Assembly (NCBI GenBank): GCA_963675785.1
Contig: OY776562.1
Coordinates: forward strand, 1,024,001-1,088,000
DNA length: 64,000 nucleotides
Direction of reading: 5' to 3'
DNA from: Anaerolineae bacterium
GTDB lineage: Bacteria > Chloroflexota > Anaerolineae > UBA1429
Part shown: positions 21,226 to 31,833 of the stretch, one piece after another
How the letters are laid out: every line of letters begins with the position of its first letter
Numbering within the stretch: position 1 is the stretch's first letter
Translations under genes and position numbers: made by a program
The notes under the pieces: model-generated
What the model saw: only the letters and a program-made list of their open reading frames with translations
Told to the model about the DNA's origin: nothing
Database searches by the model: none

Positions 21226-21285
21226 GTGTCTTTGGTTTTTGGGTTACCCCCTTGACGAAAACCCGATTAACAGGAAACAGAGAGA

Positions 21286-23046
21286 ATGGAAAAGACAAGA
21301 GACATTCAAGTATCACAATATGGCAGAATCTTGTGGCAGTATCTCCGGCCTCACTGGCATCGGAGTTTGGGCCTAGCTGTCCTGCTTTTTGCCAGTATCG
21401 GGTTGCAGATTTATGTGCCCCAGATTCTGCAAAAGTTCATCGATTCGGCTGTGCCTGGTGTTGATGCCAATGTACTGCTGGTAGCGGCGGCTGGTTTTGT
21501 GGGGCTGAGTCTGGCCCAGCGTGTGTTTGGTATCGGCGCGACGCTCATCGGTACCGATCTGGGATGGCGCGCCACCAACGAATTGCGAGAGGATCTTGCT
21601 GAGCACTGTTTGCGGTTGGATATGACCTTTCACAAACAGTACACGCCGGGCAAACTCATTGAGCGCATCGATGGTGACGTGCTGGCCTTGGCCAACTTTT
21701 TCTCCCAGTTCGCTGTGCAGATGTTGGGCGGGGTCCTTCTTTTGGTGGGCATCTTGGCCGCACTGTATCTGGAAGATTGGCGTATTGGCCTGGCAATGAC
21801 GGGATTTGCACTGGTTAGTTTGCTCCTGCTTTCAGTGCTGCGAAACTATGCGGTTAAAGAGTCCGAGGCAGAGCGTGAGACCAGCGCTAATCTCTATGGT
21901 TTTATCGAAGAACGTCTTAGCTGCCGTGAGGACATCCGCGCTAATGGTGGTGCGCCCTATACGCTCAAGCGGTTCTATGAGACGAACAGCACCTATACCA
22001 TCACCGGCGTCAATGCCTGGGTACGGCGTTCAACGCTATGGCAACTATCGATTCTGCTCTTTTCACTGGGCTTTGTGTTTGCTCTGGCAGTGGGTGGCGT
22101 GCTCTATTCACGGGGCATCATCTCCCTGGGCACGGCTTATATCATCAGTCAGTACACGTCGCTCCTTTTTGGCCCCATCGAGCGCCTGACCGCCCAGTTC
22201 CAGGATCTACAAAAGGCGGCAGCCAGTATTGGACGTGTTACCGACCTGATGGCGATCAAGAGCAAGTTGACGAACGAAGGCTCTGATAAACTAACCGAAG
22301 GCCCTTTATCGCTCGAGTTTGATCATGTGTCTTTTACATATGACGATGGCGACGAACGAGTTTTGCAGGACATCTCCTTTTCACTGGCACCTGGCAAGAC
22401 GATGGGTGTGCTTGGGCGCACGGGTTGCGGCAAAACAACCCTCACCCGGCTGATCTTTCGCCTCTACGATGTGAGCGAGGGAGCAATCCGTGTGGATGGG
22501 CATGAACTGAGTCATCTGCCGATGGATCATCTTCGCCAGAGAGTGGGCATTGTCACACAGGATGTACAGCTTTTTGAGGGGACCGTTCGCGATAACATTA
22601 CCCTTTTTGATCATAATGTGCCTGATGACAGGTTGACTGGCTTGCTCTATCAGTTGGGATTGGGAACCTGGTTCGATTCGTTGGACAAGGGTCTGGATAG
22701 TGAACTCAGTGCCGGAGGCGGCGGCCTTTCGGCGGGCGAAGCTCAGTTACTGGCTTTTGCGCGCGTCTTTTTGCAGGATCCAGGCGTGGTCATTCTTGAT
22801 GAGCCTTCTTCAAGGTTGGACCCCGCCACTGAGCAGAAACTGGATCGCGCCATGGCCGACTTGCTAAAGGGGAGAACGGCCATCATCATCGCCCACCGTT
22901 TGGGCACTGTGGAACGTGTGGATGATATTCTGGTCATGGCCAATGGCCGCGTTGAAGAACAGGGCGATCGCCAAACACTGGCGCATGATCCCAACTCTCA
23001 CTTTTACCGACTGCTCAACACGAGCATGGAGGGTGCATTAGCATGA
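21286..23046 (+). CDS. Heterodimeric ABC exporter, subunit 1
   Basis: TMD plus GRTGCGKT, LSAGEAQ, ILDEPSS. Confidence 0.9.
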   Translation: MEKTRDIQVSQYGRILWQYLRPHWHRSLGLAVLLFASIGLQIYVPQILQKFIDSAVPGVDANVLLVAAAGFVGLSLAQRVFGIGATLIGTDLGWRATNELREDLAEHCLRLDMTFHKQYTPGKLIERIDGDVLALANFFSQFAVQMLGGVLLLVGILAALYLEDWRIGLAMTGFALVSLLLLSVLRNYAVKESEAERETSANLYGFIEERLSCREDIRANGGAPYTLKRFYETNSTYTITGVNAWVRRSTLWQLSILLFSLGFVFALAVGGVLYSRGIISLGTAYIISQYTSLLFGPIERLTAQFQDLQKAAASIGRVTDLMAIKSKLTNEGSDKLTEGPLSLEFDHVSFTYDDGDERVLQDISFSLAPGKTMGVLGRTGCGKTTLTRLIFRLYDVSEGAIRVDGHELSHLPMDHLRQRVGIVTQDVQLFEGTVRDNITLFDHNVPDDRLTGLLYQLGLGTWFDSLDKGLDSELSAGGGGLSAGEAQLLAFARVFLQDPGVVILDEPSSRLDPATEQKLDRAMADLLKGRTAIIIAHRLGTVERVDDILVMANGRVEEQGDRQTLAHDPNSHFYRLLNTSMEGALA

Positions 23047-24824
23047 ATTCTGTAGGGAAACAGACCGTAAAGTTGGCCAAGGCCAACAAGAGTCTGTTCA
23101 TCGTAAATATCCTTGTCTGGGGAGTCTTTCACGTCTTGCCCGTACTTACAGGTTGGCTCTCCAAGGTCTTTTTTGATGCACTGACTGGACAGGCAGAAGT
23201 GGGTTTTAACGCCTGGACTGCACTGACCATTCTGGCGGTGGCTAACATCGCTCGGGTAGGCGCGTTCCGTTATGGGTTTCGTATCTTTATGGACTTGCTG
23301 TATCGCAACGGCGGCATCCTGAGGGCCAATCTGTTTGAATGGATCATCGGCGGCAAGGGGGCCAGGCCCCTGAGCGAATCAGCCAGCCAGTCTGTGGCTC
23401 GTTTTCGTGATGATGTGTATGACATCAATGACTATGTTGAAGCCTGGGTAGATCTGATTGGCGTGCTCGTCTATGCCATTGTTGCCATGTTCATTATGCT
23501 GCGCATTGATTGGCAGGTAACCATGGCGGTGTTCGTGCCGCTGGTTGTCGTGGTGGTGGCCAGCGACCTGCTTTCTGGCAAGCTGCGTGTCTATCGCCGG
23601 GCCCACCGTGTAGCTTCGGCGCGCGTCACCGGGTTGATTGGCGAAATCCTGGGTGCTGCTCAGGTCATCAAAGTCAACAACGCCGAAGACAACGTCATGC
23701 ATCACTTTCACGATCTCAACGTGGTTCGCCGCAAGACGGCCATCAAAGACGTACTGGTGCACCAGATGATCCACGGTGTGAACAGTGTTGCGGTGGCTGT
23801 GGGTATGGGCGGTATTCTGGTGCTGAGCGGCTCAAGATTGCAGGCCGGAACCTTTACGGTGGGTGACCTGGCCCTCTTTACAACCTATCTGTTTCAACTC
23901 ACCGACCTGCTGCACTATGTGGGTGAGATGATTGCCCGTCACAAGCGCGTTTTTGTGGCTTTTGATCGTCTAAACACCTTTATGGACGGCGCGCCGGAAG
24001 GCGCTTTGGTAGAGGCGCGCGAGCTTCATATCGGTGAGGAGTATGCTGAGGTTCAGCAGGCGCAGTGCACAGAAGCAGACCGTTTGCAATTGCTTGAAGT
24101 GAATGACCTGTCGTACCACTATGGCGACAATGAGCGTGGTGTGCAGGATTTGACCTTTAGTCTACCACGGGGATCCTTTACCGTCGTAACGGGTGAGGTT
24201 GGCTCAGGCAAGACAACGCTTGTCAAAGCATTGTTGGGCCTGGTGCCGTTCCAGTCGGGAGAGATACGTTGGAATGGCGAAGCGGTGGCGGTGTTGGATG
24301 CGCATTTTCAGCCGCCTCGCAGTGCCTACACGCCGCAGGTGCCCATGCTGTTTAGCGAATCACTGCGTGATAACATCCTGATGGGCCTAAAGACTTCGGA
24401 TGATTCTGTCCAGGAGGCCATTGCTCATGCAGTCATGGAGCCTGATCTGGAAGAAATGCCCGAAGGTCTGGAGACGATTGTGGGAACACGGGGCGTGCGC
24501 CTTTCTGGCGGACAGGTGCAGCGCACTGCTGCAGCGCGCATGTTTGTGCGTGGCTCTGAGCTGTTGGTCTTTGATGATATATCCAGCCGTTTGGATGTCG
24601 AGACCGAGCAGCAGCTCTGGGAGCGCCTGTTGGATGCACCTGGTGAGCGGCCCACCTGCCTGGTGGTCTCGCATCGTCGGCCAGCGCTGTTACGTGCCGA
24701 TCAGATCATCGTGATGGAACAGGGCCACATCGTGGCCCGAGGCACGCTGGAAGAGCTCTTGGAGAGCAGCCCGCAAATGCGCGCCCTGTGGGAGACGACA
24801 GCCGTTGTAACCGAAGAGGTCTAG
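23043..24824 (+). CDS. Heterodimeric ABC exporter, subunit 2 (degenerate Walker B)
   Basis: GEVGSGKT, LSGGQ, VFDD; 4-nt overlap with subunit 1. Confidence 0.9.
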   Translation: MNSVGKQTVKLAKANKSLFIVNILVWGVFHVLPVLTGWLSKVFFDALTGQAEVGFNAWTALTILAVANIARVGAFRYGFRIFMDLLYRNGGILRANLFEWIIGGKGARPLSESASQSVARFRDDVYDINDYVEAWVDLIGVLVYAIVAMFIMLRIDWQVTMAVFVPLVVVVVASDLLSGKLRVYRRAHRVASARVTGLIGEILGAAQVIKVNNAEDNVMHHFHDLNVVRRKTAIKDVLVHQMIHGVNSVAVAVGMGGILVLSGSRLQAGTFTVGDLALFTTYLFQLTDLLHYVGEMIARHKRVFVAFDRLNTFMDGAPEGALVEARELHIGEEYAEVQQAQCTEADRLQLLEVNDLSYHYGDNERGVQDLTFSLPRGSFTVVTGEVGSGKTTLVKALLGLVPFQSGEIRWNGEAVAVLDAHFQPPRSAYTPQVPMLFSESLRDNILMGLKTSDDSVQEAIAHAVMEPDLEEMPEGLETIVGTRGVRLSGGQVQRTAAARMFVRGSELLVFDDISSRLDVETEQQLWERLLDAPGERPTCLVVSHRRPALLRADQIIVMEQGHIVARGTLEELLESSPQMRALWETTAVVTEEV

Positions 24825-24842
24825 GATCTATCGTTGTCTCAT

Positions 24843-24885
24843 AAAAAAGGCGGCGCTCAGAGGGTAACCTCCGAGCGCCGCCTTT
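24843..24885. terminator. Bidirectional terminator
   Basis: AAAGGCGGCGCTC...GAGCGCCGCCTTT. Confidence 0.75.
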
Positions 24886-24888
24886 AGC

Positions 24889-25893
24889 TTATGCGTCTGG
24901 TGCGGCGCCGGGCTGCCCGGTGCGTTCGCGGTAGCCCGCCAGTATCTGATCCATCACCCAGCTCGTCCTCGCGCCCGATTCGCCCGTAGAGGGGCAGACT
25001 CCCTTACCCAACAAGTCATTGACTACTGTTTGAATGAGGGGCAGTTGCACATGAATCGGCGTCTCTTCGGCATAGCACTCTACCTGGTCATCGGTGTATA
25101 GCTGCACCGGCTCTGTGCCAAAGCACGACCAGCGCACACTGGCTTTGGAGCCAATAATCTCGATGATGTCCTCTTCGCGGTCGGCGCAAAAGCACCACTG
25201 TCCCGAGCCCATCACGCCGGAATGATGTTGCCAGCTGGCCGAGACAATGTCCTCGGGTGTGTAGCGCCCTTCGAGATTGTCGGCAAGTCCGTATACTGAC
25301 TGAATGGGACCTAGTATATAGTCCAGCGCATCGAGGAGGTGGGAGGCGAGGTCCAAAAAGAGGCCCGCGCCGGCGATCTCTGGTACGAGCCGCCAGGGCA
25401 CGGTGTCGTGAATTTCGGGCGGGCGCAGCATACTCACGCGAACCATGCGGACGTCACCCAGGGCACCCTCGCGGATGAGCTGCTCTACTCTGAGAAACCG
25501 GGGTAGACGCCGGCGGTAATAAGCAGCGAATAACTTGACTCCTGCTTGCTCGCAGGCCTCGATCATTTGCAGGCATTCGTCATGGGTGCGTGCCATGGGT
25601 TTTTCTACATAGACGGGCTTGCCAGCTGCTGCGGCCATGCGGGTATAGGCCAGGTGAGATGAGGGCGGCGTGGCGATATAGACCGCATTGACCTGGGGAT
25701 CATCGACCAGTGCCTGTGCATCATCATACCAATTGGATACGCCGTGGCGCTGAGCATAGTCCTGTGCCAATTTCCCATTGCGCCGCATCACGGCGACCAA
25801 CTCTGAGCCCTGCACTTTTTGCAGAGCAGGCCCGCTTTTTACCTCGGTTACGTTGCCGCAACCAATAATGCCCCATCGAACGACGTTCTGCAT
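24889..25893 (-). CDS. Gfo/Idh/MocA oxidoreductase
   Basis: WGIIGCG, VYIATPP, VEKPMA. Confidence 0.9.
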   Translation of the reverse strand: MQNVVRWGIIGCGNVTEVKSGPALQKVQGSELVAVMRRNGKLAQDYAQRHGVSNWYDDAQALVDDPQVNAVYIATPPSSHLAYTRMAAAAGKPVYVEKPMARTHDECLQMIEACEQAGVKLFAAYYRRRLPRFLRVEQLIREGALGDVRMVRVSMLRPPEIHDTVPWRLVPEIAGAGLFLDLASHLLDALDYILGPIQSVYGLADNLEGRYTPEDIVSASWQHHSGVMGSGQWCFCADREEDIIEIIGSKASVRWSCFGTEPVQLYTDDQVECYAEETPIHVQLPLIQTVVNDLLGKGVCPSTGESGARTSWVMDQILAGYRERTGQPGAAPDA

Positions 25894-26063
25894 GGATGAG
25901 TCCTCCTGTATGTATGGTGTATGTATGCTAGGCGCGCTTTTCTCAAGCGTCAAGGGAATGTTTGCAAGCAGGTGATAATCCACGGTTTGACGCTTTTACT
26001 CTGCAAGTGTATGATTTAGTGTTGGGCCTCGGGCCTTTTTTATGTAGTGATAGGAATGAGTGC

Positions 26064-27923
26064 ATGCTTCAAACACGCAATGACCTGCGCAATATCGCCA
26101 TTATCGCCCACGTTGACCACGGCAAGACAACCCTGGTTGATGGTATGCTCAAACAGGCGCGCGTTTTTCGAGAAAACCAGGATGTCGTCGAGCGCGTGCT
26201 CGATTCTAATGATTTGGAACGCGAGCGGGGCATTACCATTTTGGCCAAGAATACGGCCATTTCTTTGCTGCATCCCGAAACGGGTGAGCCGGTCAAGATC
26301 AATATTGTCGATACGCCAGGTCATGCTGATTTTGGCGGTGAGGTTGAACGCGTGCTCAATATGGTCGACGGCGTACTGCTGTTGGTAGATGCCGCCGAAG
26401 GCCCTATGCCGCAGACGCGCTTTGTACTGCGCAAGGCGCTCGAGATGGGCCATAAAGCTGTTGTCGTAATCAACAAGGTTGATCGCAAGGGCGCTGATCC
26501 CGACGAAGCCCTGAATAAGACCTTTGATCTTTTTATCGAGTTGGGTGCGACGGACGAGCAGGCCGATTTTGCAGTCGTCTATGCGAACGCACTGTTGGGC
26601 CATGCTGGCGATACATACGAAGTTGGCGATGACCTCGAACCGCTATTTCGCGCCATCCTCAACGAGTTGCCTGCGCCTGTGTGTGATGACGAAGGACCAC
26701 TGCAATTGTTGGTCACCACCCTCGGGTATGATGAATATCGCGGCGTAACGGCTGTTGGCCGTGTGCATCGTGGGCATATCTCAGTGGGCGATCGTGTTGT
26801 ACGTATCAAGGCAGACGGCACTGTCATACCGGATACTGCCCAGTATCTCTATGTTTTTGATGGCTTGGCGCCTCGGGAGATAACCGAAGCTCGCGCAGGC
26901 GATATTGTCATGGTGGCCGGATTACAGGACATCGGCATTGGCGAAACCCTGGCCGATCCGGAGAACCCCGAAGCCTTGCCGACCATTCATGTGGAAGAGC
27001 CGACGGTCAAGATGACTTTTGGCGTCAATACCTCACCTTTTGCTGGTCGAGAAGGTCGCTGGGGCACATCGCGGCATTTGCGCGAGCGGCTCTATCGTGA
27101 GCTGCGCAGCAATGTGGCGTTGCGTGTAGAGGATACTGAAAGCCCCGACCAGTTTGTGGTCTCAGGGCGTGGCGAGCTACATTTGGCCATTCTTATTGAA
27201 ACCATGCGGCGAGAAGGGTACGAGTTTCAGGTTTCGCGGCCGGAGGTGCTTTATCATCGCGATGAAGATGGTAACCTTCTCGAACCCTTTGAAGATCTCC
27301 ATGTTGAGACGACTTCTGAGACAGTGGGCGTGGTGATGGAAATGTTGGGTACACGCCGCGGCAAATTACAGGATATGTACGAGACGGACCGTGGTGCGAC
27401 GCATTTGACTTATTTGGTGCCCACGCGTGGTCTGCTTGGCTTTCGCTACCAGTTTTTGACGGCAACACGCGGAATGGGAACCTTACAGCCCATCTTCCAC
27501 GGCTATCTGCCCCTTGCAGGGGATATTCCTACTCGAGCCACCGGTTCGCTGGTCTCCTGGGAACCCGGTTTGGCCAGTACATTTGGCCTCAAGAATGCTG
27601 AGGAACGGGGTATGTTGTTCTATGGGGCTGGCGTGGAAGTATATGAAGGCATGGTCATCGGCGAAAGAACCCGCCCTGGTGATCTATCCATCAACGTCTG
27701 CAAGAAAAAGCACCTTACCAACATGCGCTCCTCGACGCGTGATATCGAAGTACGACTCAAATCTCCACGATCCCTCAGTCTTGATGAGGCCATCGAGTAT
27801 CTTGCTGCAGATGAACTGCTCGAGGTAACGCCGGTTGCTTGCCGTGTCCGCAAAAAGATTTTGGATACGCGTGAGCGCGGCAAAGATTTCAAGCGTGGCG
27901 TCAAAGCCACCGAGGACGAATAA
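26064..27923 (+). CDS. typA: Translational GTPase TypA/BipA
   Basis: [39 protein letters not shown]. Confidence 0.97.
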   Translation: MLQTRNDLRNIAIIAHVDHGKTTLVDGMLKQARVFRENQDVVERVLDSNDLERERGITILAKNTAISLLHPETGEPVKINIVDTPGHADFGGEVERVLNMVDGVLLLVDAAEGPMPQTRFVLRKALEMGHKAVVVINKVDRKGADPDEALNKTFDLFIELGATDEQADFAVVYANALLGHAGDTYEVGDDLEPLFRAILNELPAPVCDDEGPLQLLVTTLGYDEYRGVTAVGRVHRGHISVGDRVVRIKADGTVIPDTAQYLYVFDGLAPREITEARAGDIVMVAGLQDIGIGETLADPENPEALPTIHVEEPTVKMTFGVNTSPFAGREGRWGTSRHLRERLYRELRSNVALRVEDTESPDQFVVSGRGELHLAILIETMRREGYEFQVSRPEVLYHRDEDGNLLEPFEDLHVETTSETVGVVMEMLGTRRGKLQDMYETDRGATHLTYLVPTRGLLGFRYQFLTATRGMGTLQPIFHGYLPLAGDIPTRATGSLVSWEPGLASTFGLKNAEERGMLFYGAGVEVYEGMVIGERTRPGDLSINVCKKKHLTNMRSSTRDIEVRLKSPRSLSLDEAIEYLAADELLEVTPVACRVRKKILDTRERGKDFKRGVKATEDE

Positions 27924-27927
27924 AAAC

Positions 27928-27957
27928 AAGGGGTTGGTCAGTTATGACCAACCCCTT
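27928..27957. terminator. Bidirectional terminator
   Basis: AAGGGGTTGGTCA...TGACCAACCCCTT. Confidence 0.7.
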
Positions 27958-27977
27958 TGAATTATGGGCCTACAGAA

Positions 27978-28433
27978 TTAGCTCTTTCTGGCAATGGCGA
28001 TAGCTTTGAACAGGGTTATGCCCATTGCAGCCACTGTAGTAACAATGGCAATACCAATACGGGTCTTGTCGATAATGGGCTCGACCCACACTTCGTTTTC
28101 GCCAATGATGATAACGCCGACCGGACGAGAAATACCGCCTGTGCCTCCCCCTACGCCTTCACCGCCGCCCCAGGCCTCTACTTTATCGAGATCCTGAGCA
28201 TCTGCTTCTTCCTCATCTTCTGAGGCATCCGCTTCGCAGCATTCGCAACACTCATCCATCTCGATTCTGGCTGGTCCCTCGCCACCGCCGATGCCCAGGC
28301 CACCTGCAACTTCGGCAGCTGTGATGAGGGTATAGTTACCTACGGTCAAAGGTTTGCCAAAAACGGCCTCGACACCGGTAAATTGTTTCAGTTCTTTGAG
28401 TAGATCCTGAAGCTGGCTGATGCTTTGAGCCAT
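27978..28433 (-). CDS. GerW/YtfJ-like protein
   Basis: VFGKP..VG, Gly-rich GGG stretches, RPVGVIII. Confidence 0.7.
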   Translation of the reverse strand: MAQSISQLQDLLKELKQFTGVEAVFGKPLTVGNYTLITAAEVAGGLGIGGGEGPARIEMDECCECCEADASEDEEEADAQDLDKVEAWGGGEGVGGGTGGISRPVGVIIIGENEVWVEPIIDKTRIGIAIVTTVAAMGITLFKAIAIARKS

Positions 28434-28437
28434 GAGA

Positions 28438-28695
28438 TTATCTCCTTGTGACGGCGCGCTCGATGAGCGCAGACAAAAGGGCCGCTGCGCACAGGCCGCA
28501 GCAGGCCATCACAACGGTTCGCGTCGGGTCAGGTATGGGGACAACACGCGTAGATTCGGGCGTTTCGATGACGACATCCATCGGACGTGCCCAGAAAAAT
28601 CCTCTGAAACGGTCGATCTGTTGTATGGCGCGTGCCCTGGGAATGATGCGCATGTCGCCAATCTGTATGGGGCTGGCTTCGACTGTCTTTAGCAT
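28438..28695 (-). CDS. Small hypothetical protein (distantly YtfJ-like)
   Basis: PIQIG..IIP, RP..VVI, C-terminal TM; same orientation as the adjacent gene. Confidence 0.5.
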   Translation of the reverse strand: MLKTVEASPIQIGDMRIIPRARAIQQIDRFRGFFWARPMDVVIETPESTRVVPIPDPTRTVVMACCGLCAAALLSALIERAVTRR

Positions 28696-28721
28696 GGGAA
28701 TCCTCGTCAAACGACACAAAA

Positions 28722-28779
28722 ATGTCAGACATCGTTTGATGTCTGACATCATCATAATCAAGTGTAAAAGAGAATGCAA
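28722..28779 (-). promoter_or_regulatory. Promoter with an overlapping inverted-repeat operator candidate
   Basis: Minus strand TTGCAT-17-TATGAT; perfect 12-bp IR ATGTCAGACATC-gttt-GATGTCTGACAT. Confidence 0.45.
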
Positions 28780-28795
28780 GGCTCAAAGGATAAAC

Positions 28796-29359
28796 TTAGA
28801 GTGGTGTACCAAAATCGATGGTCCAATACGTTCCATAGAGGCTGCCGGATTCATAAGCCCAACCAGCGCCAAAATCGACATACGCTGTATTGAGAATGAT
28901 GGCCCGATGCCCATCGCTGTTCATCCATGCTTCTACAACCGCATCGGCATCCATATAGCCGGCGGCGATGATCTCACCGCAACGACACCATGTGTAGCCA
29001 CTTGCTGTTTCTCTATCTCCAACGCTAGAACCGTCGAGGCAACCCGTATGGCTAAAGCAACCGTTTTGCGCCATATCCACGCTGTGACTTTGTGCAGCCT
29101 GGGATAGATTTGGGTTGATAATCAATGCGGGCAGATCGTGCTCGGCGCGGACAGCGTTGATGGCGTCAAGAACCGCTCGTTCGAACTCGGCTTGCGTCTC
29201 AGTAGTAGTTCCCAGGTCAGTGTCAGGTGTGGGTTCCAAGCCGTCAAACGCCAGGGGCACAAAAAGAATATGACCGGCATCTTGCGCGCGAACAGGGGAA
29301 AGAGTTAAGAGAAGGATGGCAACAGCAATGAATACGATTATGTATCGTAAAACCTTCAT
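28796..29359 (-). CDS. Secreted CAP (SCP-like) domain protein
   Basis: Signal peptide; INAVRA, HSVDMA, EIIAAG, WMNSDGHRAIIL. Confidence 0.88.
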   Translation of the reverse strand: MKVLRYIIVFIAVAILLLTLSPVRAQDAGHILFVPLAFDGLEPTPDTDLGTTTETQAEFERAVLDAINAVRAEHDLPALIINPNLSQAAQSHSVDMAQNGCFSHTGCLDGSSVGDRETASGYTWCRCGEIIAAGYMDADAVVEAWMNSDGHRAIILNTAYVDFGAGWAYESGSLYGTYWTIDFGTPL

Positions 29360-29473
29360 TTTACAGCACATCGCCTGAGTATAGGGTTTGATGGTAACGG
29401 TGCAAATCATCTTATAGTATAGTTGACACAGGCGTTACAGATGTATATGTGCCGTAAATAGCATCTGGATCGC

Positions 29474-30841
29474 TTAGGCTTCAGATGGGTTCCATTGGGG
29501 GAGCGTAAACCAGAAATCGCTTCCTTCACCAAGCACACTACTGGCGCCTACTTCACCACCGTGGGCTTGCACAAGTTGCTTGACGATGGTAAGGCCTAGA
29601 CCAGTTCCTCCAGTAGCCCTTGCTCGGGCCGAATCTGTGCGATAAAGCCTGTCGAACACGCGTATCAATTCCTGTTCCTCAAGGCCAACTCCCGTATCTC
29701 TGACGATAAAGCGTACCATGTCATCCTCGGCATTCGCTGATACGGTTACCTGGCCGCCATCCGGTGTATAGCGAAGCGCATTGCTCAGCAGATTGCGCAA
29801 TATCTCCGCCATACGCAGAGGATCGACGCGCACTGTAGGCAGATTGGGGTCGATGGTAGATACCAGTGTGATGTCTTTTTCCCGAGACTGTGCACCAAAG
29901 GCCTGTAAGGCTTCCTCCGTTGCCTCAAAGGGGATTACTTCAGCAGGCTCAATGGCTAACTGACCGGTTTCGGCCAATGATAGCTTTTGTAGATCCTGAA
30001 CAAGGCGACTCAAGAGATGAGCTTCATCGGACAACAGCGTCACGAGGCCATCGTCAGTGGGGACAACGCCATCTTGGGCGGCCTCGAGATAGCCCTGAAT
30101 ATTGGTAAGCGGCGTCCGCAACTCGTGGGCTATATCTGTAATCATGTTGCGTTGAACTTTTTGGTCTGTTTCGAGGCTTTCGGCCATGGCATTAAAGGCC
30201 TGTCCCAATTCGCCCAACTCATCCCGGCTGCTGATCTCGACACGTTGGTTGAGATTCCCGCCGGCCATGGCACGTGCAGCCGCCGTAAGGTCTTTGACGG
30301 GGTGCAAAAGATACTGAAATAAGGCAGCTACGAGGGCAATACTGACTGCCGCTGCGAGGACGCCACCTACAATAAGAAGCGAGCCAGAGTCAGAACTTCG
30401 GCTTAGCTTTTGCAGCCAGCCGCCCTGAGCCCAGCCCGGAGTCTGTTGGACGTACACCAGACCAACGGTACGCCCGGCGCGTGAAAGCACTGCGCTGGGC
30501 GGCGAAGTTGGCGTATCCATCTGTTCACCGACCATCGTGCTCTTGGAATCGGCCAAGATGATGCCTTCTGGCGAGGTAATATAGACGCGATAGTTCTCCT
30601 CGGCGTAATTCTCTACAAGCCAGTCTCCGAGATCGGTGATCGTAGCACCTTCGCCAATTCTTTGTTTGAGCGCATCTTCGAGCTGAGAAAAGGCTTCAGA
30701 AGAACGCTGCTGAATGCTCGATTCGACTTGTCGCTTGGCAGAATCATAGGCCACGAGGGTGACAAAAGTGGCCGTAGCCAGCACCATGAGGGCTGCAATG
30801 ATTAGCAAGCGGGTTCGAATACTATGCATCCAGTTCGTCAT
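29474..30841 (-). CDS. HAMP sensor histidine kinase (BaeS-like)
   Basis: AHELRTPLT, NLLSNALRY, GTGLGL. Confidence 0.93.
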   Translation of the reverse strand: MTNWMHSIRTRLLIIAALMVLATATFVTLVAYDSAKRQVESSIQQRSSEAFSQLEDALKQRIGEGATITDLGDWLVENYAEENYRVYITSPEGIILADSKSTMVGEQMDTPTSPPSAVLSRAGRTVGLVYVQQTPGWAQGGWLQKLSRSSDSGSLLIVGGVLAAAVSIALVAALFQYLLHPVKDLTAAARAMAGGNLNQRVEISSRDELGELGQAFNAMAESLETDQKVQRNMITDIAHELRTPLTNIQGYLEAAQDGVVPTDDGLVTLLSDEAHLLSRLVQDLQKLSLAETGQLAIEPAEVIPFEATEEALQAFGAQSREKDITLVSTIDPNLPTVRVDPLRMAEILRNLLSNALRYTPDGGQVTVSANAEDDMVRFIVRDTGVGLEEQELIRVFDRLYRTDSARARATGGTGLGLTIVKQLVQAHGGEVGASSVLGEGSDFWFTLPQWNPSEA

Positions 30842-31511
30842 TCAGTTTATATCCCACACCATAAATCGTAAGCACATATTCGGGATCAGAAGGATCCCTT
30901 TCAAGTTTGCGCCGCAGATTAAGAACGTGAACGTCAACGGTCCTCGGAGCGCGTTCATACATATCATCAAAAGCAAGATCCATGAGTTGGTCTCGTGAAT
31001 AGACCTGCCCTGGATGGCGACTAAGCACTTCGAGTAGTGCAAACTCGCGTGGCGTCAGATCGACAAGCTCATTGCCGCGAATGACACGATGACGCTGCAA
31101 ATCAATCGACAAATCCCCGACAAGTCGGGTCGCAGCTTCATCTTGACGCTCTTCCATACGGCGCAGCAAAGCACGAATACGCGCCATCAGCTCGCGTGGG
31201 CTGAATGGCTTGGTCAGATAATCATCTGCGCCAGTATCAAGGCCCAACAGCTTGTCGGTCTCGGTGCTTCTTGCAGTGAGCATGATAATGCCAGCTTCGC
31301 TCTCGCCGCGGACAATGCGGCAGATATCTAGCCCGTCAATCTGTGGCAACATGAGGTCGAGAACGATGACATCTGGCTTGAATGAGCGTGTGGCAGACAG
31401 GGCCTGCAGGCCATCGTGAACCTGCATAACCGTGTGGCCTTCCCGTTCGGCATACATCGCGACAAGGTTCGATGTTTTGAGATCGTCCTCAACAATGAGC
31501 AACTTGGTCAT
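30822..31511 (-). CDS. OmpR-family response regulator
   Basis: LDLMLP, GADDYLTKPF, winged-helix C-terminus. Confidence 0.94.
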   Translation of the reverse strand: MTKLLIVEDDLKTSNLVAMYAEREGHTVMQVHDGLQALSATRSFKPDVIVLDLMLPQIDGLDICRIVRGESEAGIIMLTARSTETDKLLGLDTGADDYLTKPFSPRELMARIRALLRRMEERQDEAATRLVGDLSIDLQRHRVIRGNELVDLTPREFALLEVLSRHPGQVYSRDQLMDLAFDDMYERAPRTVDVHVLNLRRKLERDPSDPEYVLTIYGVGYKLNDELDA

Positions 31512-31833
31512 TTTCGTGCCCTCTACTAGTCATCCACTTTAATTATAGTAGATAATAAAGCACCGCGCATATAGCGGTGCCCTTGGCCTGACAAAAAGAC
31601 TGGCTGCGCCGCAGCTTGGCGCCAAGTACAGTATAATGTCAAAGCCTGATGGTGTTGGACAGCGCAAGGATATGCGCACGTTTTTCATCACCATCTTAAC
31701 AATATCAGGACACTGTTCAGCACTTGTTAAGACCCGGCTGAGAAGCCGTTAGCTTGGCGTCAGCGTTTGACGCCCTGAGGCATCATTGCTACCATGCCCT
31801 GCAACTTGGGCATGGGTGAAAGGAAACACACCG

